A DNA stretch of 64,000 nucleotides from an uncultured Oscillospiraceae bacterium (GCA_964461815.1 CAYWVF010000014.1:1515-65514); one strand, 5' to 3'. Positions 38,439 to 47,484 are shown, counted from the first letter of the stretch. Notes: a model not told the origin generated them from the letters alone. A program made the numbers and translations.

Positions 38439-39134
38439 ATGATAGGACTTGGTACAATAATCAATACTGCGGCGATTGTCGTAGGCGGCACACTTGGGAT
38501 CCTCTTTAAAAGGGTGTTATCAGAGAAGATACGAGATACCTTGATGAAAGCAAACGGCGTTTGTGTCATGTTTATCGGAATGTCGGGTGCATTGAGCCGT
38601 ATGATGTCGGGCAGCTATGATCTTATGACGATACTCAGCTTCGCTCTCGGTGCGCTTACAGGTGAATTGATAGATATCGAAAAGCGGATCGAGCAGTTCG
38701 GGGTATGGCTGAGAGCAAAGACGAAGAATGAAAGTGACACATCCTTTCTCGATGCGTTCCTTACATCATCCTTTACTGTCTGCATTGGTGCAATGGCTGT
38801 GGTGGGATCGATACAGGACGGAATATCGGGAGATTATTCCATACTTTTGGCTAAGGCATTGCTCGACTTCGTCATAGTAATGGTGATGGCAGCATCTATG
38901 GGAAAGGGCTGCGTATTTTCAGCGGTTCCTGTAGCGATATTCCAGGGCGTGATCACAATATTGGCAAGATTTATACAGCCTCTGATGACGGAGCAGGCAA
39001 CGCTGAATCTTTCTCTTACAGGCTCGATACTCATCTTTTGCGTAGGACTGAACCTTGTGTTTGATAAAAAGATAAAGGTAGCCAATATGCTGCCGACGAT
39101 CGTATTTGCAGTGATATTTGCATTCATACTCTAA
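38439..39134 (+). CDS. DUF554-family membrane protein
   Basis: Start at MIGLGTIINT with a GAGGATAAG ribosome-binding site. About six TM helices. Gly-rich N-terminus typical of DUF554. Confidence 0.65.
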   Translation: MIGLGTIINTAAIVVGGTLGILFKRVLSEKIRDTLMKANGVCVMFIGMSGALSRMMSGSYDLMTILSFALGALTGELIDIEKRIEQFGVWLRAKTKNESDTSFLDAFLTSSFTVCIGAMAVVGSIQDGISGDYSILLAKALLDFVIVMVMAASMGKGCVFSAVPVAIFQGVITILARFIQPLMTEQATLNLSLTGSILIFCVGLNLVFDKKIKVANMLPTIVFAVIFAFIL

Positions 39135-39176
39135 AATGATCCGCAGCAGCATACCTGCGATGCTTGTAAAAAAACT

Positions 39177-39222
39177 GACCGTCCACTGTTCACTGTCTGT
39201 GAAGAGTGGACGGTCTTTTTAT
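39177..39222. terminator. Bidirectional rho-independent terminator
   Basis: GACCGTCCACT ...loop... AGTGGACGGTC followed by TTTTTAT. Lies between convergent genes. Confidence 0.6.
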
Positions 39223-39265
39223 CCTTATTTATAATAAGGAGGTCATACAAAATAGTATAACTACT

Positions 39266-39952
39266 TTACCTCTGTGTCAAAAACCATAATTTTATGAGCT
39301 GGAAAACAGCGGGCGCTATGATCCAGATTATCCATGTCAGATGCCATGCTTTAAAAATGAAGCTGAGTAAAAGATATACAGCAACTGCCAGAAGCCAGAA
39401 GGCTGTGACTACCGCACTGAATATTTCGTCATGGTTTTTCTTCGTGTTGTATGATGCAGCTTCCTCGTATTCTCCGTCTGCTCCGTCATATTGAGCCGAT
39501 TTGATCAAATATGGACGAATATCGTTTGGGATCGACATGTTGACATAGATTATCATGCCTGTAGCAATTGATGCTATGAGAAGAAGTACAACGACCGCAA
39601 GGATCGAGACAGTATCATTTGCTGTTATGGATGATGCAACAAGGATCGCAGCTCCGATTATGTACATAGCAACAGCGATAGATGTGAACTTCGCACGTCT
39701 GATACGATGATGCTCGATTTGTGCTTTGAGTTCACGGATATCAGACTCGAACTCTTCGAGAAGCTTTTCTGTATCTCCAAGCGTGGATATTGCTTTTGCG
39801 TATGCTTCGTTCTCGCTGCATCCCTCGGCAACACAATTGTCATAATCTGCGTTGAGGCTTGACAAAATATTCTCTCTCACCTCATATGCACGACGTGAAT
39901 GAGGAACATCCGAAAATAATATGTTTACATAGTTTTCAAGCTTCTTGTACAT
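39266..39952 (-). CDS. Membrane protein with an N-terminal cytoplasmic helical domain (DUF1700/HAAS-like) and a 4-TM C-terminus
   Basis: Start at MYKKLENY with a GGAGGA ribosome-binding site. N-terminal 90 aa are a charged helical domain, followed by four TM helices. No PadR-type partner gene is adjacent. Confidence 0.5.
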   Translation of the reverse strand: MYKKLENYVNILFSDVPHSRRAYEVRENILSSLNADYDNCVAEGCSENEAYAKAISTLGDTEKLLEEFESDIRELKAQIEHHRIRRAKFTSIAVAMYIIGAAILVASSITANDTVSILAVVVLLLIASIATGMIIYVNMSIPNDIRPYLIKSAQYDGADGEYEEAASYNTKKNHDEIFSAVVTAFWLLAVAVYLLLSFIFKAWHLTWIIWIIAPAVFQLIKLWFLTQR

Positions 39953-40251
39953 TTTTGATCCTCCAATCGAAATTCTGAGATATTGTCTTGATATTATTAC
40001 GGCAGAGCAGTCTATCATCGTCGGTTTCGGTACTAGCTCCGAGCATATACGAAAACAGCGGCAATACGATGATCTGCTAAATATATTATATAATAATATA
40101 CATAATCTGTCAACGAATATGATCGTGGGAGCTAAAAAACCATGATGGGATGAAAAGAAGCAAAATTAACATAACACAAACATTTCAAAAAATTTTCGGA
40201 AACATCGTCGTGCTATTATACAGGTACACAATTCGTAAAGGAGAAAATAGA

Positions 40252-40614
40252 ATGAAAAACGAACAGGAATATTTGGTTGAAAAGATCCGCAGTCGATATA
40301 CAGAGAAAAAGCGCATAGAGCTTGATGAATTAAAAGCACTTGATAAAAAGGTAAATACTCCTGCAAATGTATTTGCATATGCCTTTGGTACACTGTCTGC
40401 ACTTGTTATGGGCAGTGGAATGAGCCTTGTTATGACGGATATAGGACAGAAAATAGGTGTTACAAACTCCGATCTTGTAGGTATCGTTATCGGGGTCATC
40501 GGAATGGCGATGGCTATCGCAAACTACCGTATTTATAAATACATTATCGGTAGCAGACGTAGGAAATATGCAAAGGAGATCATTTCACTCAGTGACAGGA
40601 TCATCGGCGCATAA
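40252..40614 (+). CDS. Small 2-TM membrane protein, paralog A (uncharacterised family)
   Basis: 120 aa. AAAGGAGAAAAT ribosome-binding site. N-terminal amphipathic helix, two Gly-rich TM helices, basic C-terminal helix. Paralogous to the product of 43344..43730. Confidence 0.55.
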   Translation: MKNEQEYLVEKIRSRYTEKKRIELDELKALDKKVNTPANVFAYAFGTLSALVMGSGMSLVMTDIGQKIGVTNSDLVGIVIGVIGMAMAIANYRIYKYIIGSRRRKYAKEIISLSDRIIGA

Positions 40615-40722
40615 ATGCGCCAGCACATAAATGCACCTGTGTATAAATTCACCACAGTCAAACAAAACATTAACATTTATATGATAAAATAACGATCAAT
40701 GATGATACTATGGAGGTACGAT

Positions 40723-41394
40723 GTGTTTCGAATATTGGTCGTAGAAGATGATAAGGAGCTTAATCGGACGGTCTGCTCATTCCTGAACGGCAGAGGCTAT
40801 GAGACGGTCGGGTGCCTGAATGCAAATGAAGCGTATGATGCGATATACAGTAGCATGTTTGATATTATCATATCCGATGTCATGATGCCGGGGACGGACG
40901 GTTTTGAATTTGCTGAAAATATACGTGATATCAATAAGAATATCCCTATTATTTTTATGACTGCAAGGGACGATATTGCATCGAAGCAGCGAGGCTTTCA
41001 TGCCGGAGCAGATGACTATATGGTGAAGCCCATTGACTTGGATGAGCTGCTTTTACGAATAGGGGCACTGCTTAGAAGAGCCGGGATAGCAGCTGCACGA
41101 AAAATAGAGATCGGTAATTTTATTATGGATATGGATGAGCATACCGCTTACTTGGGAGATGAAGAGATAAGCCTGACAAACCGAGAGTTTTCGATTTTAT
41201 ATAAGCTTCTCAGCTACCCTAAAAAGACCTTTACACGTACTCAGCTAATGGATGAGTTTTGGGATGCCGATACAGAGACAGCACCGAGAGCGGTAGACGT
41301 TTATATGACAAAGCTGCGCTCAAAATTAGCAGACTGCGACGCATTTGAGATAAAAACCGTTCACGGCTTGGGCTATAAGGCGGTGGTAAAGTGA
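40723..41394 (+). CDS. OmpR-family response regulator
   Basis: Probable GTG start (VFRILVVEDD) 6 nt after GGAGG. Receiver domain and winged-helix domain. Confidence 0.85.
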   Translation: MFRILVVEDDKELNRTVCSFLNGRGYETVGCLNANEAYDAIYSSMFDIIISDVMMPGTDGFEFAENIRDINKNIPIIFMTARDDIASKQRGFHAGADDYMVKPIDLDELLLRIGALLRRAGIAAARKIEIGNFIMDMDEHTAYLGDEEISLTNREFSILYKLLSYPKKTFTRTQLMDEFWDADTETAPRAVDVYMTKLRSKLADCDAFEIKTVHGLGYKAVVK

Positions 41395-42470
41395 AAAGGA
41401 CTGCATATGGATATAGACTTTTAAGAGCTGTATATCGCTATCTGCTGTTTTTTATGCTTGTGGCGTTTGTAACGACATGCTGTATGGTACTGTTTGTCAC
41501 TACATTGACGGAAAGCGTGAATATTACGCTGAATGCCGAAAATTTGAATATGGCATCAAAGCTGACATTCGGAAATGTGATGCTGTTGAGTCTCTTGTTT
41601 ACTCTCATTGACAGTCTGCGCCGAAAATATACGGTGGATAAACCTGTAGAGCAGATCGTTGCAGGTGCCGAAAGAATAATGCAAGGTGATTTTTCGGTAC
41701 GTATCAAATCGAATAAGAGAATGGTGGCAGACGATACCTTTGATGAGATCATCGATTGCTTTGGCAGGATGGCACAGGAGCTTGGAAGTCTTGAAACGCT
41801 CAGAACTGATTTTATTGCAAATGTATCGCACGAAATGAAAACTCCGCTTGCGATCATGCAAAACTACGGAACTCTTTTGCAGGCTGAGAAGCTGTCGGAT
41901 GAAAAAAGAATAGAATACGCAAAGGGAATTACGGATGCATCTCGCAGGATGACGGATATGATAACCAATATACTAAAGCTGAGCAGACTTGAAAATCAGC
42001 AGATATATCCGCAGGTGACACAGTTTGATCTGGGCGAGCAGCTGTGTGAGTGCTTGCTGCAATATGAAAATATATGGGAAAGAGAAAAAATAGAGATCGA
42101 TACGGACATAGCTGAGGCTGTTTCGATCAGAGCCGACAGTGAGCTTCTGAGTCTCGTGTGGAATAATCTGCTTTCAAACGCATTTAAATTTACACCCGAG
42201 GGGGGAGCTGTTTCACTGAGCCTTACAGCCGATGAAGCTTACGCCGTGATCAAGGTCAAGGATACAGGCTGTGGTATGAGCGCCGATGTCGGAGCACATA
42301 TATTTGAAAAGTTCTACCAGGGAGATACATCCCACGCTATGCAGGGAAACGGTCTGGGACTGGCGCTTGTGAAGCGTGTTGTAGATATAATGCATGGCGA
42401 AATATCAGTTGAAAGCACGGTAGGCGAGGGAAGTTTATTTACCGTGAAGATACCGAGGTCACAGATATGA
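41391..42470 (+). CDS. Sensor histidine kinase, intramembrane-sensing type (2 TM, minimal extracellular loop, HAMP, HisKA, HATPase)
   Basis: H-box NVSHEMKTPLA. N, G1 and G2 boxes present. Two N-terminal TM helices separated by about 20 aa. ATGA overlap with the regulator gene. Confidence 0.85.
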   Translation: MKRTAYGYRLLRAVYRYLLFFMLVAFVTTCCMVLFVTTLTESVNITLNAENLNMASKLTFGNVMLLSLLFTLIDSLRRKYTVDKPVEQIVAGAERIMQGDFSVRIKSNKRMVADDTFDEIIDCFGRMAQELGSLETLRTDFIANVSHEMKTPLAIMQNYGTLLQAEKLSDEKRIEYAKGITDASRRMTDMITNILKLSRLENQQIYPQVTQFDLGEQLCECLLQYENIWEREKIEIDTDIAEAVSIRADSELLSLVWNNLLSNAFKFTPEGGAVSLSLTADEAYAVIKVKDTGCGMSADVGAHIFEKFYQGDTSHAMQGNGLGLALVKRVVDIMHGEISVESTVGEGSLFTVKIPRSQI

Positions 42471-43354
42471 AATACAGTAAAGCTCGGAGCTGTCTTCTGT
42501 TTCCGCCTGTTGCCGTTTTAGTCTTACTGATACCGATCTCAGCGGCTGTGCTCGTGTATGCGATGATGTTTTTAGATGAAAGCGACCTGCTTCGTATCGG
42601 TGCATACATATTGTCATTTTACACTCTTGTGATCTTATGTGCTCGTGTGCCGCAGATGATCCGTTTTTTTAAGGAGCTGAAAAGAACGAACAGATACGCA
42701 AGGCTTTGGACGGAGGACGTGCGACTTCGAATGAAGGTAACACTTGCAGGCTGTGTCGTATGGAACGGCGGCTACGCTGTTATGCAGCTTGGACTCGGTA
42801 TTTATAACAGCTCGGCGTGGTTTTATTCACTTGCAGTATATTACTTCCTGCTTGCCACGATGCGCCTTTTTCTTGCATGTCATATATTTAAGTACAGACC
42901 CGGAGAAGAGATGCACCGTGAATTGAAATATTACAGAGCCTGCGGTCGGGTATTTTTAATAATGAATTTAACACTATCCTGTATGCTGCTTTATATAGTT
43001 CGAGGAGATCATATCGTGCATCACGGTGAGATCACGGCTATCGCGATCGCCACATACACCTTTACGTCACTTACGATGGCAACAATAAATGTGATACGCT
43101 ACCGAAGATTTAACAGCCCCGTATTTTCTGCATCGAAAGCCATATCACTGGCATCGGCTTGCGTATCGATAATGACATTGGAAAATATAATGTTGACTAC
43201 CTTTAGCGATAAAGAGATGACGGCACAGGCACAGAGAATGCTTAAGTCCTTGACGGGAGGTGCGATATCGCTGTTTATTGTTGCAATGGCGGTGTATATG
43301 ATCGTCAAAGCAAATAGAGAGATCAAATGCTTGGAGGATAAAAATGAAGAATAA
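42467..43354 (+). CDS. Polytopic membrane protein (about 7 TM), uncharacterised; translationally coupled to the histidine kinase
   Basis: 295 aa, hydrophobic throughout. ATGA overlap with the kinase stop. Confidence 0.6.
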   Translation: MKYSKARSCLLFPPVAVLVLLIPISAAVLVYAMMFLDESDLLRIGAYILSFYTLVILCARVPQMIRFFKELKRTNRYARLWTEDVRLRMKVTLAGCVVWNGGYAVMQLGLGIYNSSAWFYSLAVYYFLLATMRLFLACHIFKYRPGEEMHRELKYYRACGRVFLIMNLTLSCMLLYIVRGDHIVHHGEITAIAIATYTFTSLTMATINVIRYRRFNSPVFSASKAISLASACVSIMTLENIMLTTFSDKEMTAQAQRMLKSLTGGAISLFIVAMAVYMIVKANREIKCLEDKNEE

Positions 43355-43730
43355 TGATACATTTAAAATGACATACTCTGCAAAGCAGCAGGAAGAGATA
43401 AATAAAATTCGAGAGAAATATATTTCCAAAGCTCCGGATAATATGGAAAAACTGCGTGAGCTGGATAAAAGCGTAGGGAAAAAATCGTCGGCGATATCTA
43501 TTGCAGTCGGTGTTGTGGGTGCGATAATAATGGGCTTCGGCATGAGCCTTGTGATGTCCGATTTTGGGAAAATATTCGGCAATAATTCCTTTGCGATAGG
43601 TGTGGCTGTTGGCGTTATAGGAATTGCTATTTTAGGCTGTGCATATCCGTTGTATAGTCGTATGATAAAAAAGGAGCGGGAGAGGATCGCACCTGAAATC
43701 ATCAGATTGACGGATGAATTATTGAAATAG
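43344..43730 (+). CDS. Small 2-TM membrane protein, paralog B
   Basis: 128 aa. Same architecture as 40252..40614 and alignable to it (ELDK.V, GMSLVM.D.G, GVIG.A, EII.L.D). Overlaps the upstream gene by 11 nt. Confidence 0.6.
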   Translation: MKNNDTFKMTYSAKQQEEINKIREKYISKAPDNMEKLRELDKSVGKKSSAISIAVGVVGAIIMGFGMSLVMSDFGKIFGNNSFAIGVAVGVIGIAILGCAYPLYSRMIKKERERIAPEIIRLTDELLK

Positions 43731-43750
43731 CAGCTCATCGGTCAAATGTG

Positions 43751-43796
43751 AAAAAAAGAACGATATCCGACGATCAATATCGGATATCGTTCTTTT
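43751..43796. terminator. Bidirectional rho-independent terminator
   Basis: 14-bp stem AGAACGATATCCGA / TCGGATATCGTTCT flanked by an A-run and a T-run. Confidence 0.65.
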
Positions 43797-43861
43797 GCTC
43801 TGCCTCGGCAAATACACAAAACAGCTAGGCAGATATCTGTGGAAGGTTTTGATCTATATAA

Positions 43862-45883
43862 TCAGCGCATAGAGCGTCTGTTTTTGTAAAGTATGGCAAA
43901 TATGAGTGCAACGAGCATTATCACAAAGCAGATCGCAATTTCTATGAGATTTGCGTAGCTGTGCTGCGTGGAAGCTGATGAACTGCGTGTTTTTTCAACG
44001 TTCGGACGTTCAAAACGCTCGTTTTGAGATGACATAGCTTCTTTATCCATCATGCTTGGTGCTTCTTCATCATCAAACTGCGGTTCTCCGTCACGCTCAA
44101 AGGGCTGTGATATCATGTTTCCGTAGCCATCGGGTGGCTGCATGTCCATTTCACCCATATTATCCGGAGGCTTCATGTCACCCCTTCCGCTTTCGGGAAA
44201 ACCGTCCTGCGGCGGCATATTATTAAGGTCGAAAGCCTCCGGCATAGTAGGCATATCGGGAGGCTCGATACCTCCGCCGTTCTTCATGTCGTGCATGTTT
44301 CCGCCCATTTGACTTCCGAGAACGGAAAGCTCGATGTCCGATGCATCGATGAGCTTAGAGCTGTCCGCTCTTTGTCCCTCAGTCGTAGACGGTATCGAGC
44401 CGTCCAGCTGACCTCTGATGCTTTCGGCACGCATGAGTATCAGCTCGTAGAATTGCTCTGCTGCCGTAAGATACTCATCGTAGGTGTAGAACGAGGTCGG
44501 ATCGGATGCAATGCGTTTGTCGAGCTTTTTACGGAGGCTGAGATAGGTCTGCTCAAATTCACCGCCGTAGATATAGCCCTCAACGAGCTGCTCATAATAC
44601 TCATGGTATTTTTCAAGATATTCATCGTTTTCAAGAAGCTTTGCGAATATGGGTCTGCTCTCAAGTGATACGCCTGAAACGGGTGTGTCTATCGGAAAAT
44701 TAACTACATCGGAGGCATTTCCGCTCTGAAAACCACCAAATGCCAGGTTGTAATCCCACGGTATAAGTGACAGCTTGCCGCCTGATTCACGAAGATAATA
44801 GTTGTGAGTCATATTGCCTGTAAGACTGTCGAGGTTGACGCTGAATGTGTGGACTGCGAGATATTTCAGCATAGCATCAACATCGAGATACTGTTCGATA
44901 TCGTTGCCTTCGGAGATGTTTTTCAGCGCAGCTATGACTCTCTCCTTGTCACTGTCGGAGACGTCACCGAGCTTCGAGCTTTCCCATATCGCAGAGTAGC
45001 TTTCGGGATCATCGTCGGAGTAGGCGAGATCTGAACCGTTGCCTCCCATACCTCCGAATGCACCACCCATTTTCATATTGCGCTTCCCCATATTTTCAAT
45101 GGCATCATCTATAGCTTCGTCTGATCCGTCTGTATGATCGGGAGCATTACCATCGAATGGATCGAAGTCTTCGAATGACATATCGGGCTTTTGAAATTTT
45201 TCAAGCTCCTCCTGCGAAAGACCGTCAAAGACGTCCTTGAAATTCTGCCCTCCGTCGCCCATTTCCATGCTGTCGGGCTTGTAAAGCATACCGTAATCGG
45301 TGCCGTAGTTACGTTCAATGAAGGCTTCCTCCACTGCTTCGAGTGCAAGATAAGTGCCCCACCGCTCACCGTTTATGCTTATATCGGCGTAAGAACACAG
45401 TGAAGCTGATGCTCCGAGATATTTATACATATCATAGACAAAGTATTCCTTCATCATTGTCGCATCGGACATGTTGTTGTTCAGTACGAGCTTGTCGAGC
45501 CCCCAGCAGCTTTGCGAGCTGTCGTAGTGGTCGAACTCTATCTTGAAGCTGTAGCGATCTGTAGTCACCATACTCAGACTCGTATTGCCCTTTGCACGTA
45601 TTCCGACGTTTGAGAAGGTCGTACCGTTTATAACTACATCACAAACGTAGTACTCCTCGTCCAGTGCATTGTTAAGAAGCTCCTGCCACTGAGAATCATC
45701 CATTATTACGTCTACGGTTATGACATCACCGCCGAAGAGCTTCTTTTCATATGCTTTTTGTGATGCGGAAGAATAGCTTTCCAGAGGAAGCAGCCCGGAG
45801 GCATAGGTGAAAAGAAATGTGAGGACTACGGTGACGGAAACCAGTGTTATGATCGCTCTGTCGAAATTTATTTTTCTTGTCAT
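43862..45883 (-). CDS. CotH-family (atypical kinase fold) protein with N- and C-terminal TM anchors and a Pro/Asp/Met/Gly-rich low-complexity region
   Basis: 673 aa. Central region (FSNVGIRAKGNTS...YSFKIEFD...MMKEYFVYDMYKYLG) matches the CotH family. N-terminal signal anchor. C-terminal hydrophobic helix followed by KNRRSMR. Confidence 0.75.
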   Translation of the reverse strand: MTRKINFDRAIITLVSVTVVLTFLFTYASGLLPLESYSSASQKAYEKKLFGGDVITVDVIMDDSQWQELLNNALDEEYYVCDVVINGTTFSNVGIRAKGNTSLSMVTTDRYSFKIEFDHYDSSQSCWGLDKLVLNNNMSDATMMKEYFVYDMYKYLGASASLCSYADISINGERWGTYLALEAVEEAFIERNYGTDYGMLYKPDSMEMGDGGQNFKDVFDGLSQEELEKFQKPDMSFEDFDPFDGNAPDHTDGSDEAIDDAIENMGKRNMKMGGAFGGMGGNGSDLAYSDDDPESYSAIWESSKLGDVSDSDKERVIAALKNISEGNDIEQYLDVDAMLKYLAVHTFSVNLDSLTGNMTHNYYLRESGGKLSLIPWDYNLAFGGFQSGNASDVVNFPIDTPVSGVSLESRPIFAKLLENDEYLEKYHEYYEQLVEGYIYGGEFEQTYLSLRKKLDKRIASDPTSFYTYDEYLTAAEQFYELILMRAESIRGQLDGSIPSTTEGQRADSSKLIDASDIELSVLGSQMGGNMHDMKNGGGIEPPDMPTMPEAFDLNNMPPQDGFPESGRGDMKPPDNMGEMDMQPPDGYGNMISQPFERDGEPQFDDEEAPSMMDKEAMSSQNERFERPNVEKTRSSSASTQHSYANLIEIAICFVIMLVALIFAILYKNRRSMR

Positions 45884-45892
45884 GGCAATGCT

Positions 45893-46564
45893 TTATGACA
45901 TGTAATCGCCGTTGTAGCTGACGAGTACTGCGCTTGTTACACCGTCAAGTGCAGATAGCTTGTTTATAAATTCCGTAGACATTTCACGAAGCCTTACCTC
46001 ATATGTGATCTCGGAATTGCCGGCTGTAATGCTCTTGGATTTAACACTGAAACGCTTTGAACCGCCGCGGATGATCGATACGATATTATCCTCTGCCTTA
46101 GGAGCGTCGAATTTTACTACGAGTATATAAGGACTGTCACCCGACTTTACCTTTGCAAACAGTGTGATAATGATGCCGACGATAACAGCTCCGAATACTG
46201 CGAGCGGTACAAGTCCCGCACCGAGGATTATGCCCTCTGCGATCGACCAAAACAGGAACGCTATGTCAAGCGGCTCCTTGATCGCCGTTCTGAATCTGAC
46301 GATGGACAATGCACCGACCATACCGAGGGAAAGAACTACGTTAGATGTTACGGCAAGTATTACAAGCGTTGTAATAAGCGTAAGTGCTGTGAGCGTGACT
46401 CCAAAGCTCTGGGAATACATAACACCGCTGAAGGTACGCTTATATATATAGTATATAAACAGTCCGATGACTAGCGCAAGCGCAAGTGCGATAACAGTGT
46501 CCAAAAGTGAAAATGATGTGACATTTTCCAGAAAGCTTGATTTAAAGATGTCGTTGAAGGTCAT
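45893..46564 (-). CDS. DUF4956-like membrane protein
   Basis: 223 aa. Four TM helices plus a C-terminal soluble domain. Gene lies 9 nt from the CotH start. Confidence 0.65.
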   Translation of the reverse strand: MTFNDIFKSSFLENVTSFSLLDTVIALALALVIGLFIYYIYKRTFSGVMYSQSFGVTLTALTLITTLVILAVTSNVVLSLGMVGALSIVRFRTAIKEPLDIAFLFWSIAEGIILGAGLVPLAVFGAVIVGIIITLFAKVKSGDSPYILVVKFDAPKAEDNIVSIIRGGSKRFSVKSKSITAGNSEITYEVRLREMSTEFINKLSALDGVTSAVLVSYNGDYMS

Positions 46565-46595
46565 GTTGTTTTACTCCTTAATATTTATTATATTC

Positions 46596-47279
46596 TTATT
46601 CGAACATACGGCATTCCGCGTATTTTGAAAACGCATTCGTTCGTCTGCCGGCACCGGCGGCACAGGCTATCACCTCCGGCAGAAATTCATCGTATTTGAT
46701 CTCAAGTATGATCTTATCCGAGGATGCTGCCGGCAACAGCTTCGAGGAGTCGAAAAGATCCGTAGAACGGATACCGGTACGAAGCTCCGAATCGAAGGTT
46801 ATCCTTATATGCCCCGGCTCGTAGATATACGGCTCACGTGTATAAGCGACAAGTACCTTGGGCTTAAGCTGATCGTTACGCATTCTTATGTACAGCTCCA
46901 GCTTCAAGCTGTCGTCGGACTCGGAAAGAAACTCATAATCACCTCGTATGATCGACTCGCATTCGCTTCGTGTAAGAGGTGCGGAGCATTTCAGACAAAG
47001 CCCGTTGATCTTCGATTTCTTTTCAAGTGAGATAAATGAATCGTCGTCATTGTACATTCGTATACGGAATTTATCACGCTTGTTTACTCCGTCTATCTTG
47101 TCTCGCAGTGCAGAATCGTTGATGTCATCAAAGTAAATACTCTTGATAAAGTATGTGCCACAGTCCGAGGTATGAGAATCAAGCTGCATGATCGGCTTGA
47201 TCTGTGAGCGTATCGTAAGATAGTCGCTGTAGCTTATCATGTATTTAAACTCGTGACGGAACTTATTTGTTGTGTGCAT
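46596..47279 (-). CDS. VTC-domain (CYTH-like triphosphate tunnel / polyphosphate polymerase-like) protein
   Basis: 227 aa. HEFKYMIS start and alternating charged beta-strand pattern typical of VTC/CYTH domains. First gene of the minus-strand trio. Confidence 0.7.
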   Translation of the reverse strand: MHTTNKFRHEFKYMISYSDYLTIRSQIKPIMQLDSHTSDCGTYFIKSIYFDDINDSALRDKIDGVNKRDKFRIRMYNDDDSFISLEKKSKINGLCLKCSAPLTRSECESIIRGDYEFLSESDDSLKLELYIRMRNDQLKPKVLVAYTREPYIYEPGHIRITFDSELRTGIRSTDLFDSSKLLPAASSDKIILEIKYDEFLPEVIACAAGAGRRTNAFSKYAECRMFE

Positions 47280-47407
47280 TTGATATGTTCACCCTTGCTG
47301 TTTGATAAATCGAGTATACATATTTATGCTGTATTTGAAATGGTCTTAAAATGAATTTTGTGTGATGAAGAACTGAAAAAATAAAATAATAAAAATATCA
47401 AAAAATG

Positions 47408-47436
47408 CTTGCAAAATACGTTATGTTGTGATATTA
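47408..47436 (+). promoter_or_regulatory. Putative promoter for secG
   Basis: TTGCAA, 17-nt spacer, TATTAT. Confidence 0.4.
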
Positions 47437-47484
47437 TAATAAGTACTTGTGAATGTATATGTAAAAGAAGAGAGGAATTTTAAG

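Noticed and set aside
43145-43738. 197-aa minus-strand ORF
   Set aside because: Antisense to the membrane protein and mini-protein B of the TCS module. No start context.
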